Shown: positions 40,382 through 50,301, counted from the stretch's first letter. The stretch is DNA of 51,688 nt from Lachnospiraceae bacterium (GCA_017482945.1 JAFUMF010000093.1:1-51688); one strand, 5' to 3'. Made by a program: numbers and translations. The notes: generated by a model from the sequence alone, not told the origin.

Positions 40382-41629
40382 TTATGCATAAATCGGATGT
40401 TTGTCGCAAAGTTTCACAACAGCCTCACGGATCTCATCAGCCTTGTTCTCGAAATCAGTAGCTGTGAGCCAGATCAGGTGTGCGATCTCAGCCATATCGC
40501 TCTCTACGAAGCCTCTGGAAGTGATTGCCGGAGTACCGATACGTACACCAGATGTAACGAACGGGCTTCTCGGATCGTTCGGAACTGTATTCTTGTTCAG
40601 TGTGATGTAAACTTCGTCACAACGTCTCTGAAGTTCCTTACCGGAGATCTCCATACCGCGAAGATCTACGAGCATCAGGTGGTTGTCTGTACCGCCTGTA
40701 AGAACCTTGAATCCTTCGTTTGTAAGAGCCTCAGCAAGTGCTTTCGCATTCTTAACAACCTGCTCCTGATATGCCTTGAATTCCGGCTTCAGAGCCTCAC
40801 CAAAGCAAACAGCCTTAGAAGCGATCACATGCTCAAGCGGACCACCCTGGATACCCGGGAAAATAGCCTTATTGAAATTGAACTTATCAGCAGCTTCCTT
40901 GTTTGCAAGGATCATGCCGCCTCTCGGTCCTCTTAATGTTTTGTGAGTTGTTGTTGTAACAACATCTGCATACGGGATCGGGCTCGGATGAAGTCCTGCA
41001 GCAACAAGACCAGCGATATGAGCCATATCTACCATTAAGTAAGCACCGCACTTATCAGCAACTTCACGGAAACGTTTGAAGTCGATTTCACGGCAGTATG
41101 CACTTGCACCAGCAACGATCAGCTTCGGTTTGCTCTCCATAGCGATCTTCTCGAGCTCGTCGTAATCAATGTAACCCTCATCGTTTACGCCGTACGGAAC
41201 GATATTGAAATACAGACCGGAGAAGTTTACTGGGCTTCCGTGTGTCAGATGTCCGCCATGATCCAGGTTCATTCCCATTACTGTATCACCCGGCTTTAAC
41301 ATAGCTACGAATACAGCCATGTTTGCCTGAGCACCGGAATGCGGCTGTACGTTTGCATAATCACAGCCGAAGAGCTTCTTTGCACGCTCAATTGCCAGAG
41401 TCTCAACTACGTCCACGCACTCGCATCCGCCGTAGTAACGTTTTCCGGAGTAACCCTCTGCATACTTATTTGTAAGAACAGTTCCCATAGTCAGCATAAC
41501 TGCCTCGGAAACGATGTTCTCGGAAGCGATCAGTTCCAGATTTCTTCTCTGTCTTCCAGCCTCCGCCTCGATCGCTGCTCCCACTTCATTGTCGTACTGG
41601 GAAATCAACTTCATAATTTCATTAACCAT
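40382..41629 (-). CDS. glyA: serine hydroxymethyltransferase
   Basis: [26 protein letters not shown]. Confidence 0.98.
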   Translation of the reverse strand: MVNEIMKLISQYDNEVGAAIEAEAGRQRRNLELIASENIVSEAVMLTMGTVLTNKYAEGYSGKRYYGGCECVDVVETLAIERAKKLFGCDYANVQPHSGAQANMAVFVAMLKPGDTVMGMNLDHGGHLTHGSPVNFSGLYFNIVPYGVNDEGYIDYDELEKIAMESKPKLIVAGASAYCREIDFKRFREVADKCGAYLMVDMAHIAGLVAAGLHPSPIPYADVVTTTTHKTLRGPRGGMILANKEAADKFNFNKAIFPGIQGGPLEHVIASKAVCFGEALKPEFKAYQEQVVKNAKALAEALTNEGFKVLTGGTDNHLMLVDLRGMEISGKELQRRCDEVYITLNKNTVPNDPRSPFVTSGVRIGTPAITSRGFVESDMAEIAHLIWLTATDFENKADEIREAVVKLCDKHPIYA

Positions 41630-41644
41630 TTTACCTTTTCCTCC

Positions 41645-43432
41645 TTAATTTAGTTGATAGTTTTTGACTACTACTTGTAATACCCTATTACCATTATACT
41701 CGTTTATGTCCGGATAGTAAATAATATCCATCAAATTTTTATTGCCAAGTTCTTTTAAAAATTCATCGCCGTTGGTAAATAGAAGCCCATCCATGGACCG
41801 CCCGGACTCCGTAACCAGACTCAGTTTCGCCAGATTTCTCGTCTTTCCCAGAACCCTTACACTGCGGATATAGAGGTTCTTCTGGGCAAACAGCGGTTTT
41901 TCATTTCCCTGACCATAGGGCTCCAGCTGCTTTAACTCCTCCACCAGACTTTCACTCACATAATCCAGCGGCATCGGCACATCGATCCAGACTTTTGGAA
42001 TAAAATCCTCCGCTGAAAGCTCTGCATCCTCATTGAGCCGTCTTCTGAATTCCTCCACATCTGCTTCTTCTATAGAAAGACCTGCCGCCATCGGATGGCC
42101 GCCGAATTTCGGAAGAAGATCCGCCACCTTCGTCAGCGCCTGGAACATGTGATATTGTTCGATGGAACGCCCGGACCCCTTCACTCTCTCCTCGCCCTTT
42201 GTCAGGACGATGGATGGCTTGTGGAAATGTTCTCTGACACGGCCTGCAATAATTCCTGCCAGAGACTCGTGACACTCCGGAAGATACACCACCAGGACCT
42301 TATCCTCACTGTAACATTCCTCCACCTGCCGGATCGCTTCATCTTCGCCCTGCTTGGTCATATCCTTTCTGATATCATTGAGGGCCTTCAGTTCCTCCGC
42401 CAGCCGGTCTGCCTCATTCTCATCCTCCGAAAGCAGCAGTCTCAGCGCAATCTTCGCCGTCTGAAGACGTCCGCCTGCGTTAAGGCACGGTCCGATCACA
42501 AATCCAATATGATAGGCACTGAGAGCCGTGATATCAAGACCGGTCTTTTCCACCAGCTTTCTAAGGCCCAGATTCTTCGTGACCGCCATTCTGCGAAGTC
42601 CGTATTTCACAATGATCCGGTTCTCATCCTGTAATTTCATCACATCCCCGACCGTCGCAATCGCCGCGAACTCCAGAAGCTCCTTCCACTCCCGGTCCGG
42701 CACGTTTACTGCCCGATAAAGCTCTCTGATCAGTTTATAGGCCACAACCGCACCGCAAATTTCAGGAAACGGATATTTATCATCTGCCTGCTTCGGATTC
42801 ACCACTGCATCCGCCGGCGGAATGATCTGCCCATGATCTCCCACAGGAACCTCATGATGGTCGGTGATAATCACTGTCATGCCGAATTCCTTCGCCAGTG
42901 CGATCTCTTTCGAGGCCGAAATTCCATTATCGCATGTAATGATCGTATCGACACCGTCAGCTGCTGCCTCTCTGATGATCGATTCATTGATTCCATAGCC
43001 ATCCTTGATGCGGTCAGGAATTTCGTAATCGATGTTCCATCCATTTACATCGTTTTCAGCAGCACCGTTCTTCCACAGCTCTCCTTCACGCCCGTTCAGC
43101 GCTCTCGCAGCCCGTCTCAGCCCCGTAAGAAGCAGATATGTCGAACACACTCCGTCAATATCATAGTCGCCGATGATCCGGATTTTCTTTCTGTTTTTCA
43201 ACTGTTCCAAAAGAATCCTGATGGCTTTCCCCATGTCCTTCATGAGACCACCGTCATAGAGTTCGTCCACCGTCCCATAGAGATACCGGTACATCTGCTC
43301 CTCCGTCTCCATACCGCGGTTTCGCATGATCCGCACAGACACCGGACTCACGCCAAGTCTCGCCGCCAGACCATAAAAATCCGCCCGCTTGGTCTGCACC
43401 ATCCAGATTTCTTTTCTGTTTCCCTGCTGCAT
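41645..43432 (-). CDS. recJ: single-stranded DNA exonuclease RecJ
   Basis: GDYDIDG, TCDNG, TDHH, GSGRS, GGHPMAAG. Confidence 0.96.
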   Translation of the reverse strand: MQQGNRKEIWMVQTKRADFYGLAARLGVSPVSVRIMRNRGMETEEQMYRYLYGTVDELYDGGLMKDMGKAIRILLEQLKNRKKIRIIGDYDIDGVCSTYLLLTGLRRAARALNGREGELWKNGAAENDVNGWNIDYEIPDRIKDGYGINESIIREAAADGVDTIITCDNGISASKEIALAKEFGMTVIITDHHEVPVGDHGQIIPPADAVVNPKQADDKYPFPEICGAVVAYKLIRELYRAVNVPDREWKELLEFAAIATVGDVMKLQDENRIIVKYGLRRMAVTKNLGLRKLVEKTGLDITALSAYHIGFVIGPCLNAGGRLQTAKIALRLLLSEDENEADRLAEELKALNDIRKDMTKQGEDEAIRQVEECYSEDKVLVVYLPECHESLAGIIAGRVREHFHKPSIVLTKGEERVKGSGRSIEQYHMFQALTKVADLLPKFGGHPMAAGLSIEEADVEEFRRRLNEDAELSAEDFIPKVWIDVPMPLDYVSESLVEELKQLEPYGQGNEKPLFAQKNLYIRSVRVLGKTRNLAKLSLVTESGRSMDGLLFTNGDEFLKELGNKNLMDIIYYPDINEYNGNRVLQVVVKNYQLN

Positions 43433-43450
43433 AGTCAATTCTGTCCCTTT

Positions 43451-44008
43451 CTAATACCTGGCCCCATTCTCTTTCAGCCACTTCCGCCGCTCTTTATAAT
43501 CCGGTACGATGCGCCCGACCACCGCCCAGAATGCCGGACTATGATTCATCTCCTGCCGGTGTGCCAGTTCATGGACCACCACATAATCCAGAATCTCCTC
43601 CGGCATCAGAACCAGCTTCCAGTTGAAGTTCAGATTTCCCTTCGCGCTGCAGCTTCCCCATCTGGTCTTCTGCTCGCGCACAGAAATCGTCCCGTAGGTC
43701 ACGCCCATCTGCTCCGCATAAAAGCGGCATTTCTCCGCAAAAACCTTTCTCGCCAGCTTCTTTCCCGCCTCGCGTTCTTCCTCTGTATAGCTTCGCTTCA
43801 TGGCCTTCTGCTTTTCATAGGCCGCAAACCGCGACAAAATCCAATCCTTATGGCTCTCCACGAACAGGTCCGCCCCACGTACCGGCACCCGATAGGGAGC
43901 CCGAACGGTAATCGTTCCGTCCTCCAAAACCTTCAACGCCATGGTCTTTCTTCTGGCCCGGATCAGATTATAAGAAAAGGTGGCCGTTCTCCTCTGCTGC
44001 ATCCTCAA
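43451..44008 (-). CDS. YgjP/DUF45-like (M48/SprT-type) metal-dependent hydrolase
   Basis: KTRWGSCS, LDYVVVHELAH..EMNHSPAFW; start uncertain (44008 or 44002), overlaps barstar 3' end. Confidence 0.9.
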   Translation of the reverse strand: MRMQQRRTATFSYNLIRARRKTMALKVLEDGTITVRAPYRVPVRGADLFVESHKDWILSRFAAYEKQKAMKRSYTEEEREAGKKLARKVFAEKCRFYAEQMGVTYGTISVREQKTRWGSCSAKGNLNFNWKLVLMPEEILDYVVVHELAHRQEMNHSPAFWAVVGRIVPDYKERRKWLKENGARY

Positions 44009-44270
44009 TCACCCGTCTCACATTTTTCAGATAGCGCGCCATCTCATCGCTTCGAACCGCCGCGCCTGCATCCACGACCCACTCGCCACAGCTTCCTTCC
44101 TCATCCTCCAAAAACACGATTTCCACGTCTTCGGCCACATCACCCAGCACATCATACAGCGCATCCAGGTTTTGTCCATAATAATCCGGGAAATCAAACA
44201 CCTCTTTCAGGTACGCATGCACATCCGATTTATTCACGCACTGGCTAAAATCCAGATTCACTCTCTTCAT
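43968..44270 (-). CDS. barstar family ribonuclease inhibitor
   Basis: FDFPDYYGQNLDALYDVL; directly downstream of RNase gene. Confidence 0.9.
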   Translation of the reverse strand: MKRVNLDFSQCVNKSDVHAYLKEVFDFPDYYGQNLDALYDVLGDVAEDVEIVFLEDEEGSCGEWVVDAGAAVRSDEMARYLKNVRRVIEDAAEENGHLFL

Positions 44271-44293
44271 ATTAATAGTACCTCTCAACAATC

Positions 44294-45004
44294 CTATTCC
44301 ACCGGATACAGCTGCTCGAAAGACTCATAATGATCACCTGTGTAGAAAATCAGGCCGTCATTGGAATACACGATTCGCTCTGCACCACGGTTTCCTTTTA
44401 CATAATTGATATCACATTCATAATATTTCCGGCCCTTTTTCTCTGGAAGCAGGCCTTCATAATTGCCAAAATAACTGCCTCCGATGCTCATACCGGGGGC
44501 CACCACATGAAGCTGTCCTGCCTCACCGTCTTTCTTCTTCCAGCCCAAGTCCTCCGCCTCGTCCTTAGAAATAAAGTTGGACGGTAATTTACCGTAGGTG
44601 TGGATGTATAGCGCAACCTCTTCCTTAGAGGTATAATGTCCATCTTCCTTGATGGTCAGCGCATCCTCTTCCTGAGCTAATTCTTCGCGATCCGTATTCT
44701 CTGCTTCCGGTGTCTGTGCCTCTTCCGATTCTGTCTCTGCCGCTTCTTCACTTATCTCAGCACTCGCCGTGATACTCTCGTCCGATGATCGTTGCGATTC
44801 TTCCAACACCGCCAGTTCATCGTCTACTGCCGCACTGCCGCTTTCTTCCGCCTCCAGAGATTCCACGACCTCCAGCACCTCTATCGCCACGTCCAGGGCC
44901 TCGTTCACATCGCTGCCGCTGCATCCCACCAGAGATGCGAGAACAAGCACCGTCGCAAACAGAGCCAAGAGCCATCTCGAAATTCTCTTCTTCATCTTTT
45001 CCAT
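44294..45004 (-). CDS. barnase-like (RNase N1/T1 family) ribonuclease lipoprotein
   Basis: Lipobox LVGC, acidic linker, LPSNFISK, IGG..FGNYEGLLP, YECDINY, RGAERIVYS, TGDHY. Confidence 0.92.
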   Translation of the reverse strand: MEKMKKRISRWLLALFATVLVLASLVGCSGSDVNEALDVAIEVLEVVESLEAEESGSAAVDDELAVLEESQRSSDESITASAEISEEAAETESEEAQTPEAENTDREELAQEEDALTIKEDGHYTSKEEVALYIHTYGKLPSNFISKDEAEDLGWKKKDGEAGQLHVVAPGMSIGGSYFGNYEGLLPEKKGRKYYECDINYVKGNRGAERIVYSNDGLIFYTGDHYESFEQLYPVE

Positions 45005-45134
45005 CAGTCACATTCTCCTTCCATAAAACAACAAGCGCCCGACTGCACACGCAGCCAGGCGCCTGTTCACTCACCCTCTATTCTATCATTTCCCATAGAA
45101 GAACGCAATGCTGAAACCCACAGGACCTATAATC

Positions 45135-45209
45135 ACAGATACCTTCGGATTTCTTTCATGCATTGGCGTGATAAGGTCTTTCCTAGGAAACGTGCGCCGC
45201 TAGGCGCAC
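45135..45209 (-). mobile_element. probable degenerate 5' remnant of a group IIC intron
   Basis: GTGCGCC-TAGC-GGCGCAC starts directly after terminator T tract plus AT; GUGYG 5' consensus; no RT ORF nearby. Confidence 0.5.
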
Positions 45210-45211
45210 AT

Positions 45212-45242
45212 AAAAAAAGGCACCTGCTATTGCAGATGCCTT
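45212..45242 (-). terminator. intrinsic terminator after tRNA-Arg
   Basis: AAGGCATCTGC-AATA-GCAGGTGCC-T7. Confidence 0.85.
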
Positions 45243-45246
45243 ATCA

Positions 45247-45320
45247 TGCGCCAGAGAAGATTCGAACTCCCGACACTACGGTCCGTAGCCGTATGCTCTA
45301 TCCAGCTGAGCTACTGACGC
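45247..45320 (-). tRNA. tRNA-Arg (anticodon ACG)
   Basis: GCGTCAG acceptor stem, TACGG-CT-ACG-GA-CCGTA anticodon arm, GTTCGAATC; CCA not encoded. Confidence 0.95.
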
Positions 45321-45360
45321 ATTTTTGAGTTTTGTCTTTGTGACTCGCTCAACAAAACAC

Positions 45361-45389
45361 ATTCTACAACATTCAGCGCATTCTGTCAA
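45361..45389 (-). promoter_or_regulatory. sigma-A promoter of tRNA-Arg
   Basis: TTGACA-17 bp-TAGAAT. Confidence 0.75.
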
Positions 45390-45550
45390 CCACAAATTTA
45401 AAGTTTTTTCAATTTTTTTAAAAATACATTCGATTGGCCCAGACACGTACAATTCACACCTGGGCCAGTCATTTTTCCTATCATCAAGGTCTGCCTCCAC
45501 CAGCAACGTCATAAATCCCCCCGGTGTCGACCACACTCACTTCTGATTTC

Positions 45551-46987
45551 CTACCAGATCTCCGGTTTCAGATCCTTCGGCAGCGGATTCGGATACACTT
45601 CTCCATCCAGTTCATCGATCCAGTCCTGTTTGACCTGGCTAAGAAGCTCCGGCTTCATCAAAAGCTCCACGCCCGTACATGCCAGAACCTTTGCAGCCGC
45701 CAACATTCCTTTGTGGGCAATGGAAGATTTTCCCTGAGCCACTGCCTGCCAGGAATGCAGCGCCGTACCAGCCGCAAAACAGTTCACGTTCGCCTGACCG
45801 ACCGGAACCACCCAGCTGACATCGCCGACATCCGTGGAGCCGCCTCCGCCGATCATCGACCTGCGGTCCAATACAAAATCCAACATGGACATCTCCTGAA
45901 TCTCTTTACGGCGCTCTTTATCTCCAAGCTGGCTGATCATGGACTTCAGACCATCCTTATCCAGCTCCGTAATCACATCCTTGAACTTCGCCGCATACGC
46001 CAGCTCCTCATCCGTATAGTTGATGGGAACAAACGCATGCAGATGCTCGTCCATGATCTTGCCCATGGTCTCGTTATGGACTACGTTGGAATACGCAGAA
46101 ACCTGGCGGACAGTGACCGTCGTTCCCGTAATCAAGGCCGCTCCTTTTGCAATATCGCACATACGGTCAAATAATGCCTTCACCTGCGTAATCTTAGGTG
46201 CACGGATCGCATAGAGTACCTGCGCCTCAGAAGGAATTACATTCGGCGCGATTCCTCCTGTATTGGTAATGGCACCATGAATTCTCGCCTGATCGATCAT
46301 ATGCTCCCGCATAAAATTCACACCGATATCCATCATTTCCACTGCATCCAGTGCGGATCGTCCCAGTTCCGGTGAACCGGCCGCATGGGCAGAAATTCCA
46401 TGGAAGGTGAAAAAAGCGCGGAAATTGGCCAGAAACCGATCTGCGCCGGTCACTTTATTGGTTGTGTGCGGATGCCAGGACATGGCAACATCACAATCAT
46501 CAAAATATCCGTCGCGCACTAGGTACGCCTTGCCCCCGGCGTTCTCCTCCGCCGGACATCCATAATAGCGCACAGTTCCCGTCATATTGTTGGACTCCAT
46601 ATATGTTTTCAGCGCATCTGCAGCCGCAAGAGAACCGGTTCCCAGAAGATGATGGCCGCAGCCATGGCCGTTGACCTTTCCCGGAATCGGAGCTCTCTCC
46701 GTTTTGTCGGCTTCCTGCTGTAAAGAAGAAAGTGCATCAAACTCGCCCACATACGCAATGATCGGCTTTCCGCTTCCCCACTCAGCAATAAATGCCGTCG
46801 CCTCCCCGGCCAGATCTGCCTTAACCTCAAATCCCCGTGACCGCATATACTCCTGCTGAATTTTGGAAGACTCAACTTCCTCAAATCTGGACTCAGCAAA
46901 TCCCCAGATCGCGTCACTGATGTCTGTATATGCCTTTTTGCGAAGCTCAATCAAATCACTGATTTCTTGCCTATATTCATATCCCAT
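45551..46987 (-). CDS. M20 amidohydrolase, AbgB-like (paralog 1)
   Basis: GEFDAL, GHGCGHH, GCPAEE, GSTDVGDVSW, HSWQ; start MGYEY after AGAGGAG. Confidence 0.9.
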   Translation of the reverse strand: MGYEYRQEISDLIELRKKAYTDISDAIWGFAESRFEEVESSKIQQEYMRSRGFEVKADLAGEATAFIAEWGSGKPIIAYVGEFDALSSLQQEADKTERAPIPGKVNGHGCGHHLLGTGSLAAADALKTYMESNNMTGTVRYYGCPAEENAGGKAYLVRDGYFDDCDVAMSWHPHTTNKVTGADRFLANFRAFFTFHGISAHAAGSPELGRSALDAVEMMDIGVNFMREHMIDQARIHGAITNTGGIAPNVIPSEAQVLYAIRAPKITQVKALFDRMCDIAKGAALITGTTVTVRQVSAYSNVVHNETMGKIMDEHLHAFVPINYTDEELAYAAKFKDVITELDKDGLKSMISQLGDKERRKEIQEMSMLDFVLDRRSMIGGGGSTDVGDVSWVVPVGQANVNCFAAGTALHSWQAVAQGKSSIAHKGMLAAAKVLACTGVELLMKPELLSQVKQDWIDELDGEVYPNPLPKDLKPEIW

Positions 46988-47040
46988 CGCTGTCACTCCT
47001 CTCTTGTCAACTTCTATCAATAGCACTTTTCAAAGATTTC

Positions 47041-47069
47041 AAAAAACGGGCGCGAAATTCACGCCCGTT
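47041..47069 (-). terminator. terminator between the two amidohydrolase genes
   Basis: AACGGGCG.GAA/TTC.CGCCCGTT hairpin with T6. Confidence 0.7.
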
Positions 47070-47076
47070 CAGTATC

Positions 47077-48501
47077 TTACCAAATTTCCGGTTTCGCACC
47101 TTCTGGAAGCGGATTCGGATATACTTCTCCGTTTAATTCCTCTTTCCAGTCTGCCTTCGCCTGCTCCACTTTCTCTGGGTTCATCAAAAGCTCAGCGCCA
47201 ACACATGCCATAACCTTCGCAGCCGCTAACATACCCTTGTGGGCGATTGTGGATTTACCCTGTGCTGTTGCCTGCCAGGAATGCATAGCTGTACCAGCAG
47301 CGTAGCAAGCCGTATAAACCTGACCTGTCGGAACTTTCCAGCTTACATCACCAACGTCGGAAGATCCGCCGCCGCCAAAACGTGTATTCTTATCCACAAT
47401 GAAATCCCATAACGGATGCGGTAACATATCCTTCTTGCCAAGCTCCGCAGCCATAGACTTTAAGCCTTCCTTATCCAGTACCGTTGTAACTTCCTGGAAT
47501 TTCTTCGCATATTCTAACTCTTCCTCAGTATAACCGATCGGAATCACCTTCTCCAAGCTCTCCTGGATCATATCATTCAGAGTGTCATTGTTAATAATAT
47601 CAGAATAAGCTGCAACCTGCTTAATATCCACAGTTGTTCCGGTAATCAGTGCAGCGCCTTTCGCGATGTCACACATTCTATCATACAGCTGTTTTACCTG
47701 AGTCACTTTCGGCGCGCGGATCGCATAAAGGATCTGTGCTTCCGCCGGGATTACGTTCGGCGCAATACCACCGCTGTTCGTAATCGCACCATGTACTCTC
47801 GCTGCATCGATCATATGCTCTCTCATAAAGTTAACGCCGATATCCATTACTTCCACTGCATCCAGAGCAGAACGTCCCAGCTCCGGAGAACCAGCTGCAT
47901 GAGCAGAAATTCCGTGGAATGTGAAGAATGCACGGAAGTTCGCAAGATGGTAGCCGCCCTTCATAACCTTATTCAAAGCAAACGGATGCCATGTCAGCGC
48001 GATATCACAATCATCAAAATAACCGTCACGAACCAGATATGCTTTACCGCCTGCATTTTCCTCTGCCGGACAACCATAGTAGCGGATCGTACCAGCCAGA
48101 TTATTCTGCTCCATATAAGTCTTTAATGCATCCACTGCTGCGAGAGAACCTGTTCCGAGAAGGTGATGACCACAGCCGTGACCATTGCTCATACCCTCGA
48201 TCGGGCAGCGCTCTGTCTTATTTGCTTCCTGCTGAAGTGCAGAAAGTGCATCAAACTCTCCTAAAAATGCAATGATCGGTTTTCCACTTCCGAATTCCGC
48301 GATAAATGCAGTCTCTTCCCCTGCGAGATCAGCTTTTACGGAAAATCCTCTTTCCTTTAAATACTCCTGCTGTAAATTGGAAGATTTTACTTCCTGGAAT
48401 CTTGGCTCTGCATAACCCCAAATCGCATCACTCATATCGGTGTATGCCTGACGGCGCTCCTCGATCAAAGCAATTAATTCATCTCTGTAATTTGCTCCCA
48501 T
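47077..48501 (-). CDS. M20 amidohydrolase, AbgB-like (paralog 2)
   Basis: Same motifs as paralog 1; colinear full-length homolog. Confidence 0.9.
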   Translation of the reverse strand: MGANYRDELIALIEERRQAYTDMSDAIWGYAEPRFQEVKSSNLQQEYLKERGFSVKADLAGEETAFIAEFGSGKPIIAFLGEFDALSALQQEANKTERCPIEGMSNGHGCGHHLLGTGSLAAVDALKTYMEQNNLAGTIRYYGCPAEENAGGKAYLVRDGYFDDCDIALTWHPFALNKVMKGGYHLANFRAFFTFHGISAHAAGSPELGRSALDAVEVMDIGVNFMREHMIDAARVHGAITNSGGIAPNVIPAEAQILYAIRAPKVTQVKQLYDRMCDIAKGAALITGTTVDIKQVAAYSDIINNDTLNDMIQESLEKVIPIGYTEEELEYAKKFQEVTTVLDKEGLKSMAAELGKKDMLPHPLWDFIVDKNTRFGGGGSSDVGDVSWKVPTGQVYTACYAAGTAMHSWQATAQGKSTIAHKGMLAAAKVMACVGAELLMNPEKVEQAKADWKEELNGEVYPNPLPEGAKPEIW

Positions 48502-48597
48502 AATAAAACTCCTTCCTCCTGCAAAAATGTTTATTCCTATTCAGAACCTTTCACGAACCCACGCGAATCTGCTATACATGAAACTGCAAAAAATAAA

Positions 48598-48676
48598 GAA
48601 TGTACGTCCCACGGAGCGTTTTTTAGTTATAGTGAATTCCTATAATAAAAAAAGACACGGGCACCATGGATTACCG
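48598..48676 (-). repeat. structured intergenic repeat, copy C
   Basis: Plus strand GAATGTACGTCCCACGGAGCG-TTTTTT[hairpin]AAAAAAA-GACACGGGCACCATGGA. Confidence 0.65.
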
Positions 48677-48780
48677 TATGTTACTCGGCACATACAGTTC
48701 TCTCCACTCTTATTCCATGTCTCACATTCCATTTCTTAACTTCATTTTTAACCCTCGCTGTGGCGTTGTAACCTGCAATC

Positions 48781-48809
48781 ATTTTATCATATTTTGCAAC
48801 ATTTCACAA
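48781..48809 (-). promoter_or_regulatory. sigma-A promoter upstream of amidohydrolase paralog 2
   Basis: TTGTGA-17 bp-TAAAAT with TGn extension. Confidence 0.55.
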
Positions 48810-48876
48810 CCACAACCACAAGAGTTACCTAAATTATTATGAACCATATTTATGAAATGCTACTGGCTCATAAAAT

Positions 48877-48913
48877 AAAAATAGGTACAAGATATCTCTC
48901 TATCCTGTACCTA
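48877..48913 (-). terminator. terminator after cobB/cbiA
   Basis: TAGGTACA.GATA/TATC.TGTACCTA hairpin followed by T tract. Confidence 0.7.
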
Positions 48914-48930
48914 CTGGACAATATCCAAAA

Positions 48931-50301
48931 TCAGATTGAACATGGAGTATGTCTTTTTCTTGCCAACTCCACAAACCTTTCCGCGAACCTCGGATTTGAT
49001 GGATAATACAAGTGTGGGAAACCAAACCAATAAGACTCTCCTGTTATGATGCACGGATAGGTTTTTCCGGTCACTGGTTTGATTGCTGTGCAATCACTTC
49101 CGTTATCCTCACTGTCGTAATAATGGAATTCATGACCGCGGATCCGTTCGCCTTCCATCAGGAAACGACCTTTTTCTTCTTCGATTTCAATATACCCAAA
49201 ACGAACCAGCTTACCGGTATTTCTGCAAACTCCCGGAAGAACCCCTGCCATTTCATATAAGCTACCCTCTGCGGCTTCAATCGCAGAGTGCAGATACATA
49301 AATCCGCCGCACTCGGCAACTGTGGGCATGTTATTTGCGATTGCTGTCCTGATTGCCTCTCGCATGGAATCATTTGCAGCAAGCTCTTTCGCATATAACT
49401 CCGGATAACCACCCCCTAATAAGATTCCAGAACAGTTATCCGGCAATTTTCGATCATGAATCGGAGAGAAATATGCAAGTTCCGCACCGTTCTCTTCTAA
49501 AAGCCGCAAGTTATCCTCATAATAAAAGCAGAATGCTTCATCTTTTGCAATAGCGATGACAGGGCAATGAGCCGTTGTAATTTTTTCAATATCGCTCTCC
49601 ACCATCGTCAAAGGCTTCGCATTTCCGGCCATGTCTATGATTTGCTCCACTTGAACAGATACTGAAAACTCCTTTGCGATCACTTCCAACTGTCTTTTTA
49701 TTTTAGGAATCTCATCCGGCATCTGAAGACCCAGATGTCTGCTTTCAAAATACATCGATTTGTTTTCCGGAAAATACCCAAGAACTGCGATTCCCACTTC
49801 TTCCAGCAGCGGTTTCATTACCGAAAAATATGATTTTGACATCCGGTTTAAAATCACTCCCTGAATCAGGTGTTCCGTATCATAAGCCAAAAAACCTGCA
49901 ATCTGCGCAAGAACAGACCGACCCATTCCCTTGGCATCAACAACAAGAACAATCGGAGTCTTTGTTACCTTTGCAAGATGGTACGATGATCCTTCTTCGC
50001 GAATTCCCCCGAGACCGTCATAAAGTCCCATGACACCTTCTAAAACTGCAAAATCCACTTCTTTTCTGTCCTTTAAAAACAGCTGCAGCGTTTCGTTTTC
50101 TCCAGTAAAAAATGTGTCCAGGTTTTTGGATGGAATATCCAGTACCTTTTGGTGGAACATGGGGTCGATGTAATCAGGGCCACATTTATAGGATACAACA
50201 TGGTGTCCACGATCTTTAAGTGCTTGTAAAAGCGCACAAGTAATGGTTGTCTTTCCGCTCCCGCTTTTCGGCGCAGCAATCATGACTCTTTTTAATTTCA
50301 T
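48931..50301 (-). CDS. cbiA: cobyrinate a,c-diamide synthase
   Basis: SGSGKTT, KCGPDYIDP, EGVMGLYDG, AECGGFMYL, GHEFHY; start MKLKR assumed. Confidence 0.95.
   Translation of the reverse strand: MKLKRVMIAAPKSGSGKTTITCALLQALKDRGHHVVSYKCGPDYIDPMFHQKVLDIPSKNLDTFFTGENETLQLFLKDRKEVDFAVLEGVMGLYDGLGGIREEGSSYHLAKVTKTPIVLVVDAKGMGRSVLAQIAGFLAYDTEHLIQGVILNRMSKSYFSVMKPLLEEVGIAVLGYFPENKSMYFESRHLGLQMPDEIPKIKRQLEVIAKEFSVSVQVEQIIDMAGNAKPLTMVESDIEKITTAHCPVIAIAKDEAFCFYYEDNLRLLEENGAELAYFSPIHDRKLPDNCSGILLGGGYPELYAKELAANDSMREAIRTAIANNMPTVAECGGFMYLHSAIEAAEGSLYEMAGVLPGVCRNTGKLVRFGYIEIEEEKGRFLMEGERIRGHEFHYYDSEDNGSDCTAIKPVTGKTYPCIITGESYWFGFPHLYYPSNPRFAERFVELARKRHTPCSI

Noticed and set aside
42833-44248. 471-aa plus-strand ORF
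   Set aside because: Antisense to recJ, the YgjP-like gene and barstar; no recognisable motifs; shadow ORF
48502-48780. Possible T-box or riboswitch upstream of the amidohydrolase
   Set aside because: No T-box GGTGGNACCGCG or recognisable riboswitch core; only the dispersed repeat is supported
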